DNA from: Microcystis aeruginosa NIES-843
GTDB taxonomy: Bacteria; Cyanobacteriota; Cyanobacteriia; Cyanobacteriales; Microcystaceae
Assembly: GCF_000010625.1 (NCBI RefSeq)
Contig: NC_010296.1
Span: forward strand, 2,520,001-2,552,000
Length of the DNA stretch: 32,000 nt
Direction of reading: 5' to 3'
Part shown: positions 8,504 to 17,777 of the stretch, piece after piece
How the letters are laid out: each line of letters starts with the position of its first letter
How positions within the stretch are numbered: the first letter of the stretch is position 1
Program-made: the position numbers and the translations under genes
Notes under the pieces: generated by a model
What the model saw: only the letters and a program-made list of their open reading frames with translations
What the model was told of the DNA's origin: nothing
Database searches by the model: none

Positions 8504-11500
8504 ATGAAACCTTCCAAATTAGCGATCGCTGGAATAAGTGGCTTCTTTAATCAACTGTTAACCAGTCAACAACTATCAGCTTTAATTTATCAAGGAAACT
8601 CCCTTGATTATTCTAACAAACCGATCAGTGATCATTCTTGGTCTATCCTATCAAAGATGTCTGATCAAGGGTTAAAAGATTGTACTTGTAAGATAGGAAA
8701 AAAAGTCGCTTTAATTACTGCTAATAATATTAGCAACAATCAAGAAACTGAGCTTAAAAATATTAGTTATCAATTGGAAAGATTATGGAATTGTTCCATT
8801 GTTCCCTTTCAATTAACCCAAGTATCTGATTCTTTATTAAAGTCTCTCGAATTAGCCCAAATTCTCTTAACTGCCAAAGAAGTTGATACAGTCATTATTA
8901 GTGCGCTTAATACGGATTCTGAGTCTATTATTGGCGGAGCTTTAATCCTCAAAGATTATGAAACAATCCAAAACAATAATAGTACGCTTTTTTACGGGAT
9001 TATTGATAGCTTTAGTAAAATAGTTAACCCCTTATCTTCTCCATCAGTTGCGATTAAACAAAGTTGTCAGCAAGCATTTAAAAATGCTAAGATTCACCCC
9101 TCAAATATTGGTTATTTAGCTGTTTCCTCAAGAGAGATAGATCAAGGGTTATTAGAAGCTTATTATGCTAATCATAATAACCTAACTTGTGCAGTTGGAA
9201 CAGTCCAAGAGAATAATAATAACTTAGGGATAACTGAAGATTTAATTAGCTTAATTAAAACAGCACTTTGCTTAAAAAATCGTTATCTTCCTGCTTCCGC
9301 TCAACTGTTAACTTCTAATCTTACTCAAGAATGGCAAAATAGTTCTTTTTATCTACCTGATGTATCACTTCCTTGGTTTCTTGAAAAAGGACAAGAAAAA
9401 CGCTATGCTGCGCTTAATTTAGTCAATCAAAATAATACTTATAGTCATTTAATTTTATCGGAAGCAACTCCTCAAAGTACACCCAATAATGGCTATTTAC
9501 CCTATGCACCATTTTATCTATTTCCCCTCGCTGGAAATGATAGTTCATCTTTACAAAGTCAGCTTGATAACTTAACCCATAGTATTGAAAACAGTTTCTC
9601 CTTACCCCATCTTGCCAAAGAGAATTTTATTCAGTTTCAACAGAATTCTCAGTCTCCTTATGTTCTAGCAATTGTTGGGAATAACAAAGAAGCTTTGCAA
9701 AAGGAAATTAAACAGGCTAAAAAAGGAATTGATAAAGCCTTTCACACAGGAAAGCCGTGGAAAAGTCCCCAAGGAAGTTATTTTACCCCTAAACGGTTAG
9801 GAAAAGTGGGTAAAGTCGCTTTTGTTTATCCCGGTGCGTTTAACTCCTATTTAGGAATGGGAAGAAATCTTTTTCAATTATTCCCTAAATTATGGGAGAG
9901 AGCAGAGAGTTTAATTAGTGATCCTGCTACCTTTTTTCAAGCAAACTCTCTTTATCCTCGCCGTCAATCTCCCCTTTCTAAACAAGACTTAGAAACCCTA
10001 GAAACTCAATTCATTGCTAACCCTTTATCTCTCTTAGAAACGGGAACGGGTTTTGCGGTTTTATTCACCGAAATTATGCAGAAATATTTTAAAATTAAAC
10101 CTGATGCTGCCTTCGGTTATAGCATGGGAGAAAGTACCATGATGTATTCATTAGGAGTCTGGCCAAATGCGGATCAAGGAAGTCGATTTGTTCATTCTTC
10201 TCCCCTATTTAAAACCCGTTTAATGGGAGCTAAACAAGCCGTTGCAGAATCTTGGGGTCAACCGATAGATGAAAATTCATGGAGTAGTTATGTTTTAATG
10301 GCTACAGCTGAAGCAGTTCAGGAATGTCTAAAAACAGAAAGTAAGGTTTATTTAACCCATATTAATACCCCTCAAGAAGTTGCGATCGCAGGAGATTCTC
10401 AAGGTTGTTTACGGGTGATTGAAAAATTACAATGTGATCGGTTTCGTTCGCCTTCTGATATGGTTTTACATTGTGAAGTTATGCAATCAGAATACAATGA
10501 GTTTCTTAAGCTAAATACGGTGACAATGGGAACAGCACCTGATACTATTTTTTATTCCTCTTCTCATTATGATTCTCTGACCTTAGAACAAGAGAAAATT
10601 GGTGATCATTTAAGTCAAGGAATGTGTAAAATGTTAGATTTTCCTCGCTTAATTGAACGCACTTATCAAGACGGAGTGAAAATCTTTCTAGAATTAGGAT
10701 CAGGAGGAAGTTGTTCTCGTTGGATATCAGAAACTCTTGGTCAAAAAGAGCATCTTGCATTGTGTATTAATCGTCGAGGTGCTGATGATTTAGCGACCAT
10801 TATTAAGATGTTAGCACAATTAGTCAGTCATGGGGTAGAACTAGACTTATCCCCTCTTTATTTAACAGATGAAGCAGAAACCTTAGAGGCGATTTTTAAG
10901 ACAGTGTTAACCACAGCACCCAAAGCTAATATTGAACCCCAAACTGAGCAACAAAATTCAATTATTCGAGAAAATACTGCTTCTCAAAAAGTCGCTGTTT
11001 TAGTCGCTTCTTCTACTCAACTTCTTTCCCAAGTTCCAACCATTTCTACGGTTGATCATTCAAGAACAAGCGTTATTTCTTCTCATCCTAAAACCGTTAA
11101 ACCTTGTTTATTTGATCAACCTGAGATCCTCGAATTTATTGAAGGTAAAGTCTCTAAGGTTTTTGGTCAAGAATATGAACCCATTGATCATTATACCCAA
11201 CGAGTCAGAATGCCGTCTCCTCCCTTTTTGTTCGTCAGTCGGGTGACTCAATTAGAAGGAAAATTAGGTGATTATAAATCAGGTTTCATCGAAACAGAAT
11301 ATGATGTACCAGAAGATGCTTGGTATGCAGTAGATGGTCAATTAACGGTAGGAATTTGTAAAGAAGCCGGCCACGGACTCCTGATGCTATTAAGTTATAT
11401 CGGGACAGATTTTGAAAATCAAGGAAAACGCTCTTTCCGTTTATTAGATTTATCTGCAACCTTCTTATTTGAACAACCCGAAAACGTTAAGTTGTTACGG

Positions 11501-13507
11501 TGTCGAGTTAAGATCACATCTTCGGTTAAAACTGATGATAGCTTATTAATTTTCTTTCAAGGAGAGGTGTTAATTGGGGATCAAGTTTGGATGAAATTTC
11601 ATGACGGTTGTGCTGGACTCTTTTCTGATGAAGAATTAGAAAAAGGACAGGGAATTGTGCTAAAAGAGGCTGAAGAAAAAGAAAGAAACTTGATTAAAAG
11701 ACAACAGTTTACTCCTCTTTTAACTTGTTCTAAGTCATCCTTTAAAAAGGAAGAAATTTTTAATCTAAGTCGAGGAGATATTGAGGCTTGTTTAGGGAAA
11801 AACTATCAACAAAATGGCTTAAATTCTTCCCTCAGATTACCCCCAGAAAAACTCTTAATGTTAGAGAAAGTGATGATGGTAAATCCTCAAGGAGGAATAG
11901 CTGGACTAGGGTTAGCAGTGGGAGCAAAACAGATCACTCCTGAGGACTGGTATTATTCTTGTCATTTTAAAAATGACCCCACTTTACCGGGGAATTTAAT
12001 GATTGAAGGAAGTATCCAACTGGTGCAATTTTATTGTTTATGGTTAGGGTTACAAACTCACAGGAAAGATGCTCGTTTTCAGGTGATTCCAAATCAAACC
12101 CAAGCAGCCCGTTTTCGGGGACAAGTGACTCCCCAACATGGAACTTTAATGTATCAAATGGAGGTGTTAGAAATTGGACTTTCTCCTCAACCTTATCTTC
12201 TGGCTAATGTGGATGTTATTTTTGGCGGAAAAACCATTGCTACTATTAAAAATATTGGTGTTCAACTGGTAGAAAAAACAGACACCATTCCCAGTATTTT
12301 CCCACCCATTGAGTCAGGAACATTCCCCCATATTTCCCAATTATCAAAACAGTCATCGGTTTTATTTAATGAAAACCAATTAAAAACCTTTGCTAAAGGA
12401 TCAGTGGCTGCCTGTTTGGGATCAGAATTTGACATTTATGAAAATCGTCAATCGGTTCGTTTACCTAACGGGGAGTTTCAGTTAGTCAGTCGGGTATTAG
12501 ACATCGAAGGTAAACGTCATGAATTGCAAAAACCATCGGAAATTATTACCGAATTTGATGTCAAAGAAAATGCTTGGTTTTATAACCATAATGCCTATCC
12601 CACTTTGCCCTACTGTACTTATATTGAAATTGCCGGTCAACCTTGTATTTTCTTAGGGGTTTATATGGGAGCAACTTTATTATTCCCAGAAGATGATCTT
12701 CATTTTCGTAATTTGGATGGACAGGGAACAATTCTCAAAGAAATTGACCTCCGTAATAAAACCATTACGGATAAAGTTCGTCTCCTTTCTACCACCGCTA
12801 TTCAAGGGGCAATTATTCAAAAGTTTGAGTTTGAGTTATCTTGTGAAGGTGAGCCTTTTTATCGGGGAAATATGGTCTTTGGAGACTTTAGCACAGCCGT
12901 GTTAGCGAATCAAGTGGGACTTGATGGTGGAAAACGTCTTAAACCTTGGTATCAACTGAATAATTTATCCGATTTAACCCTACAGGAAATTAATTTACAA
13001 GATTCCTTAACTCACCAAACCTTCTATTCAGTAAATCCTGAAAAACCCCATTATCGTCTTTCTCAAAATTATCTTGATTTTATCGAAAAAGTTTTCCTAA
13101 TTCAAGATGGGGGTAAGTATCAAAAAGGATATATTTATGCCAGCCAATCAATTACTCCCGAAGATTGGTATTTTCCCTTCCATTTCTATCAAGATTCCGT
13201 GATGCCTGGTGCATTAGGCGTTGAGTCTATTCTTCAAGCTATGCAAACTTATGCGCTGCAATTAGACTTAGGCAAATCTTTCAAAAATCCTCGCTTTGGT
13301 CAAGCCATTAATCATCAAATCACCTGGAAATATCGAGGACAAATTACACCCGAAAATCGTTTAATGTCTTTAGAAGTGCATATTTCCGATATTCGAGTCG
13401 AAGATGATGTAATCACAATTATCGGAGATGCCAGTCTTTGGAAAGAAGACTTAAGAATTTACGAAATTAAAGACATCGCCCTGTGTCTATTAGACAGTGA
13501 AGAGTGA
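8504..13507 (+). CDS. PfaC/PfaB-like subunit: CLF-like (inactive KS) - AT-like - two tandem FabA-type dehydratase/isomerase units
   Basis: The N-terminal KS fold aligns to the ORF2 KS, but the Cys/His/His positions read LTQVSDSLL, YLAVSSREI and VQENNNNLG. AT-like: VYPGAFNSYLGMG and GYSMGE (Ser codon 10121-10123). FabA-like sites: SCHFKNDPTLPG (His codon 11963-11965) and FPFHFYQDSVMPG (His codon 13181-13183). Each is preceded by a pseudo-DH half (RVRMPSPPFLFVSRV / SVRLPNGEFQLVSRV). Confidence 0.85.
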   Translation: MKPSKLAIAGISGFFNQLLTSQQLSALIYQGNSLDYSNKPISDHSWSILSKMSDQGLKDCTCKIGKKVALITANNISNNQETELKNISYQLERLWNCSIVPFQLTQVSDSLLKSLELAQILLTAKEVDTVIISALNTDSESIIGGALILKDYETIQNNNSTLFYGIIDSFSKIVNPLSSPSVAIKQSCQQAFKNAKIHPSNIGYLAVSSREIDQGLLEAYYANHNNLTCAVGTVQENNNNLGITEDLISLIKTALCLKNRYLPASAQLLTSNLTQEWQNSSFYLPDVSLPWFLEKGQEKRYAALNLVNQNNTYSHLILSEATPQSTPNNGYLPYAPFYLFPLAGNDSSSLQSQLDNLTHSIENSFSLPHLAKENFIQFQQNSQSPYVLAIVGNNKEALQKEIKQAKKGIDKAFHTGKPWKSPQGSYFTPKRLGKVGKVAFVYPGAFNSYLGMGRNLFQLFPKLWERAESLISDPATFFQANSLYPRRQSPLSKQDLETLETQFIANPLSLLETGTGFAVLFTEIMQKYFKIKPDAAFGYSMGESTMMYSLGVWPNADQGSRFVHSSPLFKTRLMGAKQAVAESWGQPIDENSWSSYVLMATAEAVQECLKTESKVYLTHINTPQEVAIAGDSQGCLRVIEKLQCDRFRSPSDMVLHCEVMQSEYNEFLKLNTVTMGTAPDTIFYSSSHYDSLTLEQEKIGDHLSQGMCKMLDFPRLIERTYQDGVKIFLELGSGGSCSRWISETLGQKEHLALCINRRGADDLATIIKMLAQLVSHGVELDLSPLYLTDEAETLEAIFKTVLTTAPKANIEPQTEQQNSIIRENTASQKVAVLVASSTQLLSQVPTISTVDHSRTSVISSHPKTVKPCLFDQPEILEFIEGKVSKVFGQEYEPIDHYTQRVRMPSPPFLFVSRVTQLEGKLGDYKSGFIETEYDVPEDAWYAVDGQLTVGICKEAGHGLLMLLSYIGTDFENQGKRSFRLLDLSATFLFEQPENVKLLRCRVKITSSVKTDDSLLIFFQGEVLIGDQVWMKFHDGCAGLFSDEELEKGQGIVLKEAEEKERNLIKRQQFTPLLTCSKSSFKKEEIFNLSRGDIEACLGKNYQQNGLNSSLRLPPEKLLMLEKVMMVNPQGGIAGLGLAVGAKQITPEDWYYSCHFKNDPTLPGNLMIEGSIQLVQFYCLWLGLQTHRKDARFQVIPNQTQAARFRGQVTPQHGTLMYQMEVLEIGLSPQPYLLANVDVIFGGKTIATIKNIGVQLVEKTDTIPSIFPPIESGTFPHISQLSKQSSVLFNENQLKTFAKGSVAACLGSEFDIYENRQSVRLPNGEFQLVSRVLDIEGKRHELQKPSEIITEFDVKENAWFYNHNAYPTLPYCTYIEIAGQPCIFLGVYMGATLLFPEDDLHFRNLDGQGTILKEIDLRNKTITDKVRLLSTTAIQGAIIQKFEFELSCEGEPFYRGNMVFGDFSTAVLANQVGLDGGKRLKPWYQLNNLSDLTLQEINLQDSLTHQTFYSVNPEKPHYRLSQNYLDFIEKVFLIQDGGKYQKGYIYASQSITPEDWYFPFHFYQDSVMPGALGVESILQAMQTYALQLDLGKSFKNPRFGQAINHQITWKYRGQITPENRLMSLEVHISDIRVEDDVITIIGDASLWKEDLRIYEIKDIALCLLDSEE

Positions 13508-13652
13508 ACAGTTAACAGAGACCAGTGTATCTCGACTACTCGGTTAGTGCATTAACCATCGAATTGGGATAACCCCAGTTACCAGTGAATAGTAAACACC
13601 CATCTTTCTTTTCCGTCAGTTTAAAGTCAACAACAATGGAGAAATAAACCCC

Positions 13653-15227
13653 ATGTTAACTAGCCATAATTCTCTTACTAGCTCCCCTAAACCATCTATC
13701 TCCTTTGATAGTGAAGGAATTCGAGAAAAATTAGCCAATTTAGAGCAGCCTTGTTATGTATATGTCAAAAATAACCAGATAGGACTTTCTCACGAACCTA
13801 ATGCTGATATACTGCCCCGTAGCATGATTAATGCCCTATCACCCCAACAATTAGGCGATCGCGCTTTTTGTGACTTTCATGGTTTAGACTATGCTTATGG
13901 GGCGGGTGCAATGGCCGGGGGTATCGCTTCCGAAGATTTGGTGATTTCTCTGGGAAAAGCGGGATTTTTAGCCAGTTTTGGGGCAGCCGGGTTAGTTCCC
14001 CAACGGGTTGAAAAAGCCATTCACACCATTCAAGAAGCTTTACCCAATGGACGATATGCCTTCAATTTAATCCATAGCCCCTCAGAGGAAGCCCTAGAAC
14101 GGGGTTCAGTGGAACTTTACCTCAAATATGGGGTAAGAACTGTTGAAGCCTCTGCTTACCTGGATTTAACCCCCCATATTGTCCGTTACCGAGCATCAGG
14201 ATTACATCTAAATTCTCAAGGCGATATTGAAACCCAAAATAAGATCATTGCCAAAATTTCTCGGACCGAAGTTGCTCAGAAATTCTTAAAACCTGCTCCC
14301 CCTAAACTGCTGAAAGCTTTAGTTGAACAGGGACAAATTACAACCTTACAAGCAACTTTAGCTGAAAAAGTTCCTTTAGCCGATGATATAACCGTTGAAG
14401 CTGACTCTGGTGGTCACACAGATAATCGTTCTTTGGTTTGCCTTCTCCCTTCTATTATTGCCTTACGCAATGAGATTCAACAGCAATATCAGTATGAGCG
14501 TTCTATTAGAGTGGGGGCTGCTGGTGGGATTAGTACTCCAGAATCAGCCTTAGCGGCCTTTATGATGGGAGCGAGTTACATTATCACAGGTTCGGTGAAT
14601 CATGCTTGTATTGAAGCGGGAACATCTGAACATACCAAACAATTACTTGCCCAAGCAGCAATGGCCGATGTGGTAATGGCCCCTTGTGCTGATATGTTTG
14701 AAATGGGGGTGAAAGTTCAACTCTTAAAACGGGGAAGTTTATTCCCCATGCGCGCGCAAAAATTATATGATTTGTATCAAACTTATGAGGGAATTGATGC
14801 CATTCCGACCGAGGTTCGTCAAACCATAGAAAAGCAAATTTTCCAAAAACCATTAGAGGCCGTTTGGCAAGAAACCCTTGCTTATTTTCAAGAGCGAGAT
14901 CCCGAACAAATTGAACGAGCAAATAATAATCCTAAACGGAAAATGGCTTTAATTTTTCGCTGGTATTTAGGGCTTTCTTCTCGTTGGGCAACCAGTGGAC
15001 AGCCACAACGAACAATGGATTATCAAATTTGGTGTGGTCCGGCGATGGGTTCATTTAACGATTGGGTTCGAGGAACTTATTTAGAATTTTCCGAAAATCG
15101 TCAAGTGGTGGATGTAGCAACTCATATCATGCGCGGTGCAGCTTATCTCTATCGTCTGCAAAGTCTGAAGTTACAGGGGGTTAATCTTCCGTCTCCCTAT
15201 CATTTTTATCGACCCACGCCTCTTTAA
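13653..15227 (+). CDS. PfaD-family trans-acting enoyl reductase (nitronate monooxygenase / TIM-barrel FMN fold)
   Basis: DFHGLDYAYGAGAMAGGIAS, FNLIHSP, VEADSGGHTDNR and WCGPAMGSFNDW are strings I recognise as typical of PfaD/PksE-type ERs. GGAG lies upstream of the ATG. Confidence 0.9.
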   Translation: MLTSHNSLTSSPKPSISFDSEGIREKLANLEQPCYVYVKNNQIGLSHEPNADILPRSMINALSPQQLGDRAFCDFHGLDYAYGAGAMAGGIASEDLVISLGKAGFLASFGAAGLVPQRVEKAIHTIQEALPNGRYAFNLIHSPSEEALERGSVELYLKYGVRTVEASAYLDLTPHIVRYRASGLHLNSQGDIETQNKIIAKISRTEVAQKFLKPAPPKLLKALVEQGQITTLQATLAEKVPLADDITVEADSGGHTDNRSLVCLLPSIIALRNEIQQQYQYERSIRVGAAGGISTPESALAAFMMGASYIITGSVNHACIEAGTSEHTKQLLAQAAMADVVMAPCADMFEMGVKVQLLKRGSLFPMRAQKLYDLYQTYEGIDAIPTEVRQTIEKQIFQKPLEAVWQETLAYFQERDPEQIERANNNPKRKMALIFRWYLGLSSRWATSGQPQRTMDYQIWCGPAMGSFNDWVRGTYLEFSENRQVVDVATHIMRGAAYLYRLQSLKLQGVNLPSPYHFYRPTPL

Positions 15228-15262
15228 AAACCCCCTTATGAACCTTGTGCTGGAATTTTCCC

Positions 15263-16435
15263 ATGATGACTAAAAATGCCAATTCTCCCTTTTCTGTTGG
15301 ACTTCCCGCCCTTTATTTAGTGGCCTTTTTATCGGGAATTTCCCTAGGGTTATTTAATCCCTTTGTTTCTACCCTTATGAAAGAAAAGGGTTACGACAAT
15401 ATTGTTATTGGGGCAAATTCTACTCTTTACTTTTTTGTCATTGCCGCAGGAACACCGATTGTGGCTAGTATTCTTCGCCAAATTGGATTAAGAAAAACCA
15501 TGATGTTAGGATTCCTTTTAATGGGAATAACTGCACCTCTATTTGCCTTTACTACTCAATTATCTCTTTGGTTTATCATTCGTGGCGTTATGGGTTTGGC
15601 CTGTTGTTTATATCTGATTTCTGGACAAACCGCTATTAACTATTTTTGTAATGATCAAAATCGAGCCATGGTTAATGGTTTAGATGCTTTAGCTTTTAGC
15701 TTAGGTTTTGGTATCGGTCCGATTATGGGAGCAGTCGCCTATAATCTTTCTCCTAAGATCACTTTTTTATTAGGAAGTGGCTTGATTTTAAGTGGAATTG
15801 TTGTTGTCTTTTTTGGATTACCAGAGAAAACGGTTAAGTTTCAAAAGCCCAACTTTAGCATTATTCAAAAGCTCAAACTTCCCCTACAAGGAGCTTTTGC
15901 TTATGGCTTCAGTGTTGCCACCTTAGTTTCTCTTTATCCACTTTTTTTACTCGAACAAAACTATGGTATTGAGCGCATGGGTTTAATCTTTGGCTTGTTT
16001 ATTTTAGGCGGATTAATTTCAACCGTTCCTATTACTCATTTAGCCGATAAGATGGGTAAAGTTAAGGTTTTAGTCGGTAGTGTAATTATTGTAATTGTTT
16101 CAGTTTTTGGCTTATCTTTAATCGAAAATCCCATGATTACCCCCTTTTTAGCTTTTGTCTCTGGGGTAGGAATGAGTCCCATTTTTCCCTTATCATTAGC
16201 CCTGATTGGTTCTACCGTTACCCTTAATGAATTATCCTCCGGGAGTGCTGTCTTTACCTCAATTTATAGTGCAGGTTGTACCGCCGGTCCCATTCTATCA
16301 GCTATTGTCATGACCATGATGGGAACTCGGTATATCTTCTCATTAATGTTAGTCATTTTTGTCTTATTTTTGCTGAGTTTAAGTCAGTCCCAAAAGTCCC
16401 ATTCTGACTATCAACATTCTTCGGAGAATAGTTAG
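15263..16435 (+). CDS. MFS-type transporter
   Basis: About 390 aa and almost entirely hydrophobic, with about 12 predicted helices, a central loop (EKTVKFQKPNFS) and an MFS-like RQIGLRKT loop after TM2. The ATG at 15263 is preferred over the TTG at 15245. Confidence 0.75.
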   Translation: MMTKNANSPFSVGLPALYLVAFLSGISLGLFNPFVSTLMKEKGYDNIVIGANSTLYFFVIAAGTPIVASILRQIGLRKTMMLGFLLMGITAPLFAFTTQLSLWFIIRGVMGLACCLYLISGQTAINYFCNDQNRAMVNGLDALAFSLGFGIGPIMGAVAYNLSPKITFLLGSGLILSGIVVVFFGLPEKTVKFQKPNFSIIQKLKLPLQGAFAYGFSVATLVSLYPLFLLEQNYGIERMGLIFGLFILGGLISTVPITHLADKMGKVKVLVGSVIIVIVSVFGLSLIENPMITPFLAFVSGVGMSPIFPLSLALIGSTVTLNELSSGSAVFTSIYSAGCTAGPILSAIVMTMMGTRYIFSLMLVIFVLFLLSLSQSQKSHSDYQHSSENS

Positions 16436-16499
16436 GAAAGTTTCTTGAATTTTAACTACACTAATTAACCCCATTCACAATTTATTCAAGGACAAAATC

Positions 16500-17777
16500 A
16501 TGGAAAAATTAGCAATCATTGGTTCGGGTATTTCTGGCTCTCCCATCGCCTATTATCTTCAAGATCAATATGAGGTTGATGTCTATGAAAAAAGTAGTCG
16601 TGTCGGCGGTCATGCTCACACCTTAGATTTGGATGAGGATGGTCAACGGATTTCTTTTGATACGGCTTTTGTGGTTTGTAATAAACCTAATTATCCCAAC
16701 TTGATGAAATTTTTTGCTGATTTAGGAGCAGAGACTCAAGATCATTTAGGCGGATTTAATTTTTATAATTTGGATACTGGAATGCAGTTTAATTCCCTAG
16801 ATCTAGAACTGCCGATGGAAGAATTCGCTCGTCAGCAACCTTCAGAATTAGTCGCTTGTTATCAAGAAGCTAAACGTTTTTTCTCAGAAGCACGGGCTGA
16901 TTTTTGGGAAGGAAAAACGAGAATTTCTATGCAAGAATATCTAGATAAAAATAACTATAGCCAAGCCTTTCGAGATAACTTTGTCATGCTAATGGGATCA
17001 GCCGTTTGGTCAATTCCTACTGATTTATTAATGGAGTTTCCCGCTTCAACTTTTATCAGCTTTTTTATGACTCATGACCAAGGCGGTTTAGGGGGAAAAA
17101 CGGTCGAATGGCAAACCGTTAAAGGGGGAAGCAGTCGTTATGTTGAAAGGGTCAAAGATGCTTTAAAGAAACCCATTCGCACTGAGCAAGAAGTGATTTC
17201 CGTTAAAAAAAGAGAAGACGGAAAAGTAACGATAAAAACGACCACAGATGAAGAAGTTTATGATAAGGTGGTTATGGCTACTCACGCTGATCAAGCATTA
17301 GGAATACTTGCTGAACCAACTGAATTAGAACAAAACATCCTAGGCTGTTTTAAGTATAATGAAACCGCCGTAACTGTTCACACTGATCCAGTTATTATGA
17401 ACCCCGATCGCAGTAAATGGCAATCCTGGAATTATGGGCAAGTAACTAAAGAAGGAAAGCTTTATACTTATGTGACTTATTATGCTAACAAAGTCCATAA
17501 TTTTACCGCCAAGAAAGATTATTTTGTTTCCTTAGATACCCCACCTATCGCCATTGATGAAGACAAAATTATCCGCATTCTTAAGTATCGACATCCAGCT
17601 TATGACATGAATACTCTAGAAGCCCAAAAACAAATTTATCAACTCAATGAAACTGGCCCTATTTACTTCTCAGGGACATATTTCCACATCAAAAAACGAG
17701 GCATTGATTCCTACGGATTTCATGAAAGTGGCATCGGTTGTGCGGTTGAATTAGTGGAACGTTTGAGAAAAGGATAA
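16500..17777 (+). CDS. FAD-dependent oxidoreductase, amine-oxidase fold (COG2907-like)
   Basis: N-terminal dinucleotide motif KLAIIGSGISGSPIAYYL followed by VDVYEKSSRVGGHAHT. The 425-aa length and overall pattern match the 'NAD/FAD-binding protein' family often found next to lipid-modifying genes (recollection). Confidence 0.75.
   Translation: MEKLAIIGSGISGSPIAYYLQDQYEVDVYEKSSRVGGHAHTLDLDEDGQRISFDTAFVVCNKPNYPNLMKFFADLGAETQDHLGGFNFYNLDTGMQFNSLDLELPMEEFARQQPSELVACYQEAKRFFSEARADFWEGKTRISMQEYLDKNNYSQAFRDNFVMLMGSAVWSIPTDLLMEFPASTFISFFMTHDQGGLGGKTVEWQTVKGGSSRYVERVKDALKKPIRTEQEVISVKKREDGKVTIKTTTDEEVYDKVVMATHADQALGILAEPTELEQNILGCFKYNETAVTVHTDPVIMNPDRSKWQSWNYGQVTKEGKLYTYVTYYANKVHNFTAKKDYFVSLDTPPIAIDEDKIIRILKYRHPAYDMNTLEAQKQIYQLNETGPIYFSGTYFHIKKRGIDSYGFHESGIGCAVELVERLRKG

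Noticed and set aside
10545-14922. Small ORFs 10545-10760(-), 11052-11246(+), 12693-12905(+) and 14584-14922(-).
   Set aside because: All are nested in or antisense to the PfaC-like and PfaD-like genes. They are AT-rich, low-complexity translations and were judged spurious.
1922-15227. Calling the cluster a heterocyst-glycolipid (hgl) locus or a genuine EPA/DHA pfa operon.
   Set aside because: Only the shared domain vocabulary supports this. The window has no tandem ACPs, no second active KS, no hglB/hetM-type reductase, no glycosyltransferase, no devBCA-type exporter and no pfaE. The genome context looks like a non-heterocystous cyanobacterium. The product is left unassigned.
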